A DNA stretch of 64,000 nt. Source: Acidimicrobiaceae bacterium (GTDB taxonomy: Bacteria > Actinomycetota > Acidimicrobiia > Acidimicrobiales > RAAP-2). Below, in pieces: positions 56,837 to 64,000 of this stretch. The position numbers were made by a program, and so were the translations under genes. The stretch spans positions 10,739-74,738 of the forward strand of contig PLRK01000100.1 of NCBI GenBank assembly GCA_003163875.1, written 5' to 3'. Positions within the stretch are counted from its first letter, which is position 1. Each line of letters begins with the position of its first letter. The notes under the pieces were generated by a model that saw only the letters and a program-made list of their open reading frames with translations, made no database searches and was not told where the DNA came from.

Positions 56837-59413
56837 GTGGTAGGCCTGAACGTCATGAGCGAACGTTCGAGCGGTCGACGCCCGGCGAAGCACGTTCGCC
56901 TCGTGGTCGCCTTCGTGCTGTTCGTGAGCGTCCTTCTCGCCGTTGTCCCCAATGCGCTCAACGCGGCGAGCGCGGTGTCGCCAAACGTGCCTACCGACGT
57001 GGCGCCTCCAAATTCAAATAACTATTTCACGGGGATCAGCTGTACGAGTGGCTCAAATTGCACTGCGGTGGGCGTTGACAATACGGTCACCGCGCCCATG
57101 TACGTGAGCGAACCGTCGGGGAGCGAAACTGACGTCTCGATTCCTGGCACGACGGGCGAGATGTTTGGTGTCAGTTGCGTGGACCCGACAGACTGCACCG
57201 CCGTGGGCGTCAATTTGTCAACCAACGAGCCGTTCTACGTGGTTGAAACCGCAGGTTCGTGGGCTGCGGCACATGACATCGCTATCACAGGAGTGTTCAA
57301 TGCCGTGAGTTGCGCGAGCGCCTCAAACTGCCTCGCTGTCGGTTACGACACCGTCAACAACGAGCCACTGTACGTTGCAGAAACATCAGGGACGTGGGGC
57401 ACGCCCACTGATGTGCCGTCACCAAACCGGATCGGAAGTTTCTGGGGCGTGAGCTGTGCCGACGCGACGCACTGCACGGCGGTCGGTGCAGACGCCAGTA
57501 ACTCCGAGCCCCTCCATGTTTCCGAGACGTCGGGGGTTTGGAGCGCGGCCGTCGATCTTCCGAGTCCTGCGACCACCGGGATTTTCAACGCGGTGAGTTG
57601 TGCCGACGCCACCGATTGCGTCGCCGTCGGTGATACCGCCGCCAGCCAACCCATGTACGCCGTTGAAAGCGCCGGGACGTGGGGAGTTTCCAGCTTCGTT
57701 TCAGCACCCGTGACCTCCGGCACCCTCCTTGGCGTGAGTTGTTTCGACGCGACGCACTGCACCGCGGTCGGCGAAGATGACGCGAACACTGAACCCTTCT
57801 ACGTCAGCGACGTCAATGGATCGTGGGGAACGCCCACCGACTACTCGGTGCCCGGCGGCGACGGTCTCTTCAACGCGATTAGCTGCACGGGCGATAACGA
57901 CTGCACGGCGGTCGGTCAGATAGAGGGCAACGCCGGCGGCCTCTACGCCACGGAGTCGTCAGGCACGTGGGCGAGCGCCGTTGAGGTCCCCGGCCCAAGT
58001 ACTGGAGGGGAATTTGATGCAGTGAGTTGCCAGAGTGACACGGACTGCGTTGGTGTGGGCGACGACTACGTCAACAACCTTCCTTTCACGACCACCGAGT
58101 CATCGGGCACCTGGGCGAGTGCGACAGATCTCGCGAGTCCTTCACAGGGATATTTAGACGGGATCAGCTGCGTGGACGTCAACGATTGCACCGGTGTCGG
58201 CGATGATCCAAACAATTCGTTCAGTCCTTCGGGCTTCGTCTCGGTGTACTCGTCGGGGACCTGGACAACGATCCAGGATCTCTATTCACCAAGTTACAAT
58301 GGCGAACTCAACGGCATCAGTTGTTCGGACGCCTCCGACTGCACGGTCGTGGGCGAGGACGCGACAACGCTTGAGCCCTACTACATCACCGAATCATCGG
58401 GTGGTTGGGGAACCGCGACGTATGTCAACACGTCAAGCGGTACGGGATCGTTCACTGCCATCAGTTGTTCGGACGCCTCCGACTGCACTGCTGTTGGCCA
58501 AGATGCGAGTGACGAGCCAATGTACGAAGTCGAAACCGGAGGTGTATGGGCCCCCCTCGCCACCGATGTAGGTGCGAGCGGGTCTGGTGCGAGCTTCACC
58601 GCGATTAGTTGTTCGAGCGCAACGAATTGCACCGCCGCGGGTGTTGACGCGGCGTCCAAACCTTTCTACGTCACTGAGACGTCGGGGGTCTGGGGATCAC
58701 CTAGCGAAATCGTGTTGCCCGGAACGACGGGTGGCGCGTGGGCGGTCAGTTGTGCCGACGCCACCGACTGCACTGTCGCGGGAGGGGATTACGGAACCAA
58801 TAAGGCTTTTTACGACCAGGAAACTGGTGGCGTGTGGTCCTCCGCCGTCGAAGTGACGAGTCCGGGAACGACCGGGTTGTTTTACGGCGTGAGTTGCTAC
58901 GACGCGACACATTGCATGGCCGTTGGCTACGACGAGGGAACCAATGAACCCTTCTACGATTTTCTTGGACCGTCAACGTCCACCACCACAACCGGGTCGA
59001 GTCACTCGACGTCCACGACGTCAACAACTTCAACGACGACCACGATTGCCCCGACGACCACTACGACGTTGCACGTCACCCCCACGAAACCTCCTTCACT
59101 CGGTGCCACCGTTGGGTTCCCCACCGGCGGTGCGATACTCAGCAAAGGCGACGAAGTCACTATTCAGAAATTTCTTTCGACGATGGTTCGCGAGCGGCTT
59201 CATGTGGTGACGGTGAGCGGCTTCGCATCACCTGAAGGCTCCAGTCGCGAAAATGCCACTCTTATCGTCCAGCGTGCAGCATCGGTGGCACGGTTCATTC
59301 AACAGACGCTTCGCAGGGAACACGTCAAGGACATTGTCGTCAGAGTGAACATCGGTGGGATCAAGCACTTGGCGATGCAGTTGAGCGATCAAGTGGCGAC
59401 TTTGAGCGCCTAG
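56837..59413 (+). CDS. Secreted protein: 14 C-x5-C repeats + Thr/Ser linker + OmpA-like C-terminal domain
   Basis: Signal peptide; 14 repeats of 45-51 aa ([GA][VI]SC-x5-CxAVG...E-x-x-G-x-W); TTTT linker; VGF..GGA.L...V.VSGFAS.EG...N..L..QRA.SV. Start may be ATG 56855. Confidence 0.88.
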   Translation: MVGLNVMSERSSGRRPAKHVRLVVAFVLFVSVLLAVVPNALNAASAVSPNVPTDVAPPNSNNYFTGISCTSGSNCTAVGVDNTVTAPMYVSEPSGSETDVSIPGTTGEMFGVSCVDPTDCTAVGVNLSTNEPFYVVETAGSWAAAHDIAITGVFNAVSCASASNCLAVGYDTVNNEPLYVAETSGTWGTPTDVPSPNRIGSFWGVSCADATHCTAVGADASNSEPLHVSETSGVWSAAVDLPSPATTGIFNAVSCADATDCVAVGDTAASQPMYAVESAGTWGVSSFVSAPVTSGTLLGVSCFDATHCTAVGEDDANTEPFYVSDVNGSWGTPTDYSVPGGDGLFNAISCTGDNDCTAVGQIEGNAGGLYATESSGTWASAVEVPGPSTGGEFDAVSCQSDTDCVGVGDDYVNNLPFTTTESSGTWASATDLASPSQGYLDGISCVDVNDCTGVGDDPNNSFSPSGFVSVYSSGTWTTIQDLYSPSYNGELNGISCSDASDCTVVGEDATTLEPYYITESSGGWGTATYVNTSSGTGSFTAISCSDASDCTAVGQDASDEPMYEVETGGVWAPLATDVGASGSGASFTAISCSSATNCTAAGVDAASKPFYVTETSGVWGSPSEIVLPGTTGGAWAVSCADATDCTVAGGDYGTNKAFYDQETGGVWSSAVEVTSPGTTGLFYGVSCYDATHCMAVGYDEGTNEPFYDFLGPSTSTTTTGSSHSTSTTSTTSTTTTIAPTTTTTLHVTPTKPPSLGATVGFPTGGAILSKGDEVTIQKFLSTMVRERLHVVTVSGFASPEGSSRENATLIVQRAASVARFIQQTLRREHVKDIVVRVNIGGIKHLAMQLSDQVATLSA

Positions 59414-59446
59414 AAGCGTTCGAGCACGCGAGATACGATCAGGGGC

Positions 59447-59857
59447 GTGACGGGTCTGACGCCATATATTCACTTCGACGGTCACACCCGCGACGCGTTG
59501 TCGTTTTATGCGAGCGTGTTTGGCGGAACGACGCGACTGCATACCTTCGCAGAATTTGGCCGCACCGACGGTCCGCCAGACGCAATCGCCCACGGATTGC
59601 TGGTCGACTCGGCGATTTCGATGTACGCCGCTGATGTAGGAGGCGCAGAACCGGTGTTTCACGCACAGGGTTTGATGCTCTCACTCCTTGGAACCGCGGA
59701 CCCCTCAACGTTGCATCAGTGGTTCGCGCGTCTGGGCGAAGGCGGCGAGATCATCGACGATTTGCAAGAGCGAGCCTGGAATGCGTCGGACGGACAGGTG
59801 CGGGACCGTTACGGGCTCCACTGGCTGATCGGCTACGAGCATCCAACAGATACGTGA
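59447..59857 (+). CDS. VOC-family protein (PhnB-like)
   Basis: LTPYIHFDG..RDAL.FY.SVFGG, GQVRDRYGLHWLI; TACGAT -10 element 7 nt before GTG. Confidence 0.88.
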   Translation: MTGLTPYIHFDGHTRDALSFYASVFGGTTRLHTFAEFGRTDGPPDAIAHGLLVDSAISMYAADVGGAEPVFHAQGLMLSLLGTADPSTLHQWFARLGEGGEIIDDLQERAWNASDGQVRDRYGLHWLIGYEHPTDT

Positions 59858-59950
59858 GTCGCAAATGGCAGACTCGTGATGTTGTGGCCAACAAGGAGAG
59901 GCGACGCGCTGGCAACAACCAGAACTCGTTCGACTGACGTCAGTGTAGGA

Positions 59951-61750
59951 CTAGCCCGCCGACATGCCTCCGCCACGTAGAGCGGGAAGCGCGGTGTTGC
60001 GCATTCGCTTGAGAACACGATGAGTGACCGAAATGGCATCCGGGTGAAGCCCGCCGTTCGCGCGTACGCGTGACTCCCATTCCTTGCTCCGGAGCGCGAA
60101 CGTCTCTGCGTCGTCGAGTTGGCGGCAGTCCAAACGGTCGCGATTGATGTCGACGGTAATGGTGTCACCATCTTGCACGAGGGCAATCGGTCCACCGAGC
60201 AATGCTTCTGGGGCTACGTGGCCAATGACTAAGCCAACGGAGCCGCCCGAGAAACGTGCGTCGGTCATCAGGGCGATGGTAATCCCGCGCTTTCGACATA
60301 AAGAGGTGATCTTCGACGTGGGGTCGAGCATCTCGGGCATGCCCGGAGCGCCACGCGGTCCTTCGTAACGGATCACGACCATGTCGTTATCGCGAAACTC
60401 GTCGGGTCGATTGTCCAGTGCCTCGATCAATGATCGCTCGCTGTTGAACACCCGAGCTCTGCCGGTGAAGACACCGTCGATGATGCCACTTTCAACGCCG
60501 GCAAGTTTCAAAATCGCGCCTCCCTCGGGTGCGAGATTTCCGCGAAGGAGGCGAAGGCCTCCGGTGCTCTTAAACGGTGTCGCCACCGAATAGATCACTT
60601 CGTGATTAGCGAGCGGAGGAGCCAAGCGATCGACCTGTTCCGCGAGCGTCTCGCCAGTGCAGGTCATGGTGCCGCCGTCGAGGAAACCAGTGCGAAGTAG
60701 TTCGTTGACGACAGCGGGAAGTCCTCCGGCGCCTTCAACGTCGACCATAGAGTACGCCCCGAAGGGACGCATGTTGACGATCACCGGAAGTCGGTGCGAC
60801 AACGCATTGAATTCGTTTTGACTGAGGACGTCGTTCCACAAGTCGATGCCCGCGGCACGCGCGATCTCGACGCTGTGCAACATAACGTTGGTCGAGCCAC
60901 CCATCGCCATCGACACGACCAGAGCGTTGCGCAACGATGAAGGCGTGACGATGTCGCGCGGACGAATGCCTCGATCAGTCATCGTCACGAGACAGTCGAC
61001 GAGTTCGTCTGGAAATTGCGTTAGGCGACGAGGATCGTCCGACGTTGGCGCGACCATGTGGAGTGGCTCGAGACCCACGACACCGATGAAGGATTGCATC
61101 GTGTTGTAGGTGAACATGCCGCCACAACTACCCTGGCCCGGGCACGCGTGGAGCGTGACCTCGGCGCGAAGCTCCTCGTCAGGCTCCGTGGCGAATTGAA
61201 ACGCGGTGACTAAGTCGATGCGTTCGCCAGTGCGCGGATTGACGCCCGGCTTGATCGAACCGTCGGAAAGAATGACCGATGGAACATTGTGCTCGAGCAG
61301 GGCCGCGACCGTCCCCACGGGTGGCTTGTCGCACGCGACAACCGCAATCAGTCCCTCGATCTGATTCGCCGCGAGGTGTGTTGACGCGGCGTCATTGACG
61401 AGTTCTCGCCCGATGAGTGAGAAACGCATCTCGGGCGTACCGTTGAGTTGACCGTCGGACACACCAATGGTGAAAGCGGGCGCAATGAGGCGGTTATCTC
61501 GGTCATCGTGCGCGATTCGACGCGACATCGCCGCCTGGACCGCCTCGACCTTTTGTTGGACGCCGAGGTAACACTGGCTATCGCCCAGGTTGCCCAGCAC
61601 CGCCCACACCGGTCCGTGGATCTTTCCCACGTCTTCACCAAGGAAGTTGGCCGTCCCGACGCGCTGCACGTCACGTCCCGGATTCGAAATGCCAGGCCCG
61701 GAATTCCCGCGCACGTCCACTCTTGTCGAAGAATCTGCGAGTTCAGTCAC
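59951..61750 (-). CDS. IlvD/Edd-family dehydratase (dihydroxy-acid dehydratase-like)
   Basis: VSDG, CDKP, GSCGGMFTYNTM, MGGSTN, GNLAPEGGAILK, RYEGPRGAPGMPEML, TDARFSGG. Start uncertain (61750-61843). Confidence 0.9.
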   Translation of the reverse strand: MTELADSSTRVDVRGNSGPGISNPGRDVQRVGTANFLGEDVGKIHGPVWAVLGNLGDSQCYLGVQQKVEAVQAAMSRRIAHDDRDNRLIAPAFTIGVSDGQLNGTPEMRFSLIGRELVNDAASTHLAANQIEGLIAVVACDKPPVGTVAALLEHNVPSVILSDGSIKPGVNPRTGERIDLVTAFQFATEPDEELRAEVTLHACPGQGSCGGMFTYNTMQSFIGVVGLEPLHMVAPTSDDPRRLTQFPDELVDCLVTMTDRGIRPRDIVTPSSLRNALVVSMAMGGSTNVMLHSVEIARAAGIDLWNDVLSQNEFNALSHRLPVIVNMRPFGAYSMVDVEGAGGLPAVVNELLRTGFLDGGTMTCTGETLAEQVDRLAPPLANHEVIYSVATPFKSTGGLRLLRGNLAPEGGAILKLAGVESGIIDGVFTGRARVFNSERSLIEALDNRPDEFRDNDMVVIRYEGPRGAPGMPEMLDPTSKITSLCRKRGITIALMTDARFSGGSVGLVIGHVAPEALLGGPIALVQDGDTITVDINRDRLDCRQLDDAETFALRSKEWESRVRANGGLHPDAISVTHRVLKRMRNTALPALRGGGMSAG

Positions 61751-61943
61751 GTTGAAAGTGTACTGACGCCGCTCCAGGCGACTCCTTTCTCGTGGTGCCT
61801 CGGGAATCGAAAGGAGCGACGAGATACGAACCTTCGACGTCACGCTGAACGACGTGGATCAGTCACGAAGCGCCGTTGCGTCTCGCCACCGTGTTTCAAG
61901 GTCACGTTCACTGCAACGCCCCGTTCGTTTTTCTTGGTGATCC

Positions 61944-62243
61944 GTGCCCCCATTGTGTTCGCTGCGTGCAGTCGATAGAACGACGCATGGGGACGAGTCG
62001 CGCACGTTCGTGGACATCGGAGTCTCTGACGTCATTCGGTCTGCAACGTCAGCCCGATTGCGGTTGATTGGCAGTGACGGAAATGTTTTGACCGCGACGT
62101 ATCGTGCGCGCCGCGAGAAAGAGTGCTGCGCGTTTATTGACTTCCAACTTGAACTTCTTTCAGACGTCGTCTGGCCTGAAATCTTGACACCAGTGGAGGC
62201 GTCGGCGGCTCTCGATGCATTGATCACTAGAAAGGAAGGTTGA
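61944..62243 (+). CDS. Small hypothetical protein with N-terminal Cys and an ECC motif (possible metal-binding)
   Basis: PLCSL...RLRL...REKECCAFIDFQLE...PVEA..ALDAL; coupled to the next gene. Confidence 0.6.
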   Translation: MPPLCSLRAVDRTTHGDESRTFVDIGVSDVIRSATSARLRLIGSDGNVLTATYRARREKECCAFIDFQLELLSDVVWPEILTPVEASAALDALITRKEG

Positions 62244-62247
62244 GATC

Positions 62248-62592
62248 ATGAAATTTCTTGCGGTGTGCAGCCCACGAGACGAATCTTTGAGGGACCGCTT
62301 TTTCGAGATCGTACCCGACGAGGTCGAGGCTCTGCGGCGTTTGAAGTCGGCGTCGATTCTCCTCGAAGCGTGGAGTCCTGGTGGTCCAGGGGCGGTATTG
62401 ATAATTGAAGCCCCGTCGGATTCAACAGCTCACGACATCGTGGCCGAGCTCCCACTTGCCGTGGCGGGTCTGATCGAAGTTGACGTCACTCCCTGCACGA
62501 TCTTGGCGTCTAAAGGTTTCGCGGGCCGAAGCGAGATCGTGGCGACATTGCGACTTTGTGTTGGCGCGCACAGCACATGTCCAATGCGTTAA
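62248..62592 (+). CDS. Dimeric alpha+beta barrel protein (muconolactone isomerase / YciI-like), C-terminus possibly frameshifted
   Basis: MKFLAV...E...L...G.L.EAW..G..GAVLIIEA......I..LPL...GLIEVDVTP; GAAAGGAAGG SD. Confidence 0.65.
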   Translation: MKFLAVCSPRDESLRDRFFEIVPDEVEALRRLKSASILLEAWSPGGPGAVLIIEAPSDSTAHDIVAELPLAVAGLIEVDVTPCTILASKGFAGRSEIVATLRLCVGAHSTCPMR

Positions 62593-62606
62593 GGGGACGG
62601 CGTCAC

Positions 62607-63062
62607 TTAGCTAACGATGTCTTCCGGCGTCCAATTCAAAATACGAGGTGACAATCGAAGCGATAGAAACTCGAGCGCCTCGAGTACTTGAGCGAGTTCT
62701 TTGGGACTCTCGTTTCCGAGTGCATCGGCGATTGTGTGGTCAATCGGCACATCAACCTTGCTTCGAATCTGTCTCGCGACGCCGGGTGCTGCTCGCACCA
62801 ACGTTCGACGCCGGTCGTTAGGATCCGACACGGTCTCGACCAAACAATGTTCAACGAGCGTCACTACCGCCGCTGACACTTGACTTTGCGGGAGTTCGGT
62901 CCTCCTCGCAATCTCACCGATCGAGGAAACCGGGACTTCCAACACGTCGATGAATACCGCCGTGGCACTCGGGGGGAGTGCGCTCACCGTTGAACTGGGC
63001 AGCGTCTCCATCCCCAATTTTGCGAGCTTGCGCCCGAGTAGGAAGAGATCGAGTGCATTCAT
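62607..63062 (-). CDS. MarR-family / winged-helix transcriptional regulator
   Basis: MNALDLFLLGRKL..., SIGEIARRTELPQSQVSAAV..L...DPNDRRRTLV. Confidence 0.85.
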   Translation of the reverse strand: MNALDLFLLGRKLAKLGMETLPSSTVSALPPSATAVFIDVLEVPVSSIGEIARRTELPQSQVSAAVVTLVEHCLVETVSDPNDRRRTLVRAAPGVARQIRSKVDVPIDHTIADALGNESPKELAQVLEALEFLSLRLSPRILNWTPEDIVS

Positions 63063-63125
63063 GGTCATGAGGTTAGATGAAGTCATTGACTCGCTCATAA
63101 TGCGTTCATCGAGCTCGGGCGACAC

Positions 63126-63485
63126 TTACCCACGAGAACGCCCAACGCTGATGCTGCGCGTGATTTCGACATCGAGAGGTATCCGTCGTTGCGCCCGCTC
63201 CAGTCGGCGTAGCCGCTTCACGTCACCGACCTCCCCCACCGATTGCGTGACGGGCGCATTGATGCGCGAGTCGTCCAGGCGCCAGCGCCGTGGGTGAGTA
63301 GTCGACGTTTGAGGAACGACGACCTCGAAATGGCGAACTCCCTCGAGGTTCGCAGCACCGGTGAACGCAGCGACGAATTTCACGTGAATTCTCCCCAAGA
63401 ACGCGCATAATACGTTTCCCGGAGCCGTCCGAGTGGTGGACGAAAAGGGGACTCGAACGTCGATCTGACAGCCGTGCGTATTCAT
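63126..63485 (-). CDS. Hypothetical protein (119 aa) or decayed gene
   Basis: No recognisable motif; supported mainly by the promoter placed exactly for a leaderless start at ATG 63485. Confidence 0.35.
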   Translation of the reverse strand: MNTHGCQIDVRVPFSSTTRTAPGNVLCAFLGRIHVKFVAAFTGAANLEGVRHFEVVVPQTSTTHPRRWRLDDSRINAPVTQSVGEVGDVKRLRRLERAQRRIPLDVEITRSISVGRSRG

Positions 63486-63492
63486 ATCTAAA

Positions 63493-63521
63493 ACGATACA
63501 TCTAATTCGATGGAAAGTCAA
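63493..63521 (-). promoter_or_regulatory. Sigma-70-type promoter for a leaderless transcript
   Basis: TTGACT (63521-63516), 17-nt spacer, TATCGT (63498-63493), 7 nt, ATG. Confidence 0.7.
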
Positions 63522-63590
63522 GCGATCTTCGTTGCTTCTTCGTAAGGGGCCCTCAGCACCAGCTTCGTGTGTCGTTGATCCTCCGGATGA

Positions 63591-64000
63591 TCACCACGCG
63601 ACGATCTTGCCTTGGTAGTCGAGGTACTGGAGACCAGCGTGGCCGCGCTGGGCGTCGATAATTCTCACCAGGTTGGGGATGCTCTCTTCAACAGTGAGCC
63701 GAGCGTGGGGACCGCCGAGGTCAGTTTTGACCCAGCCGGGAGCCAGGAGCAGCAGCGTTCGCGCGTCATCGCGATGACGCGCGGCGTAACTGCGCATGAG
63801 TTGATTGAGAGCCGATTTACTCGCCCGGTAGATGTCGAAGCCACCGCCCACGTTGTCGGCGACGCTTCCCTGGCCAGAAGACATAATCGCAATCGTGCCG
63901 TCGGCGGCGATGAGGTCGCCGAGTGTTTCTATGACTCGCAACGGGCTCAGCGCGTTGGTGACCATGACACGGACGAACTCGCTCGTCGTCACGTCGGCGA
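63591..64000 (-). CDS. SDR oxidoreductase (C-factor/CsgA-like), C-terminal part; runs off the window end
   Basis: TNALSPLRV, IMSSGQGS, YRASKSALN, LAPGWVKTDLGG, YLDYQG..V.W. Confidence 0.88.
   Translation of the reverse strand, partial: ADVTTSEFVRVMVTNALSPLRVIETLGDLIAADGTIAIMSSGQGSVADNVGGGFDIYRASKSALNQLMRSYAARHRDDARTLLLLAPGWVKTDLGGPHARLTVEESIPNLVRIIDAQRGHAGLQYLDYQGKIVAW

Noticed and set aside
63375-63390. GAATTTCACGTGAATT as a fourth parS
   Set aside because: Shares only the core TTCACGTGAA; the flanking GT/AC positions mismatch.

Overview
This 64 kb window spans the replication origin of a high-GC actinobacterial chromosome; Acidimicrobiia is my best inference from gene order and protein style. 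1-28 kb is the conserved oriC core: gyrB(partial)-dciA(DUF721)-recF-dnaN-oriC-dnaA, then divergently rpmH-rnpA-yidD-yidC-jag-rsmG-(3 parS)-parA-parB. Next come a cwlM-like gene, trxA, trxB, degV, murJ, a DUF6049-like gene, the CCA-adding enzyme, ino1-padR, MFS-marR, DUF5318, panB, rpsF-ssb-rpsR-rplI and dnaB. oriC contains a clear DnaA-box/GC/DnaA-trio unwinding module, and a second DnaA-box cluster lies downstream of parB. 28-41 kb holds efflux systems (MarR-MFS, ABC-2), rlmN, a 2-oxoacid dehydrogenase E1a/E1b/E2 cluster, bcp and an orphan RegX3-like regulator. 41-64 kb is a patchwork of envelope and oxidative-stress genes (MscS, LCP, OsmC, LpqF-like, HtrA-like, furA-katG, VOC, SDR, IlvD-like), a PLP-lyase remnant and two secreted proteins with 8 and 14 copies of a C-x5-C repeat; the larger ends in an OmpA-like domain. 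I found no rRNA, tRNA, CRISPR array, transposase or integrase. I cannot demonstrate a wholly new multi-gene system. The best leads are the Cys-repeat surface proteins, the reduced CwlM/MurJ pair, an altered DnaA recognition motif, and a multi-hairpin element upstream of the LCP gene. All assignments come from reading motifs by eye; no database search was run.
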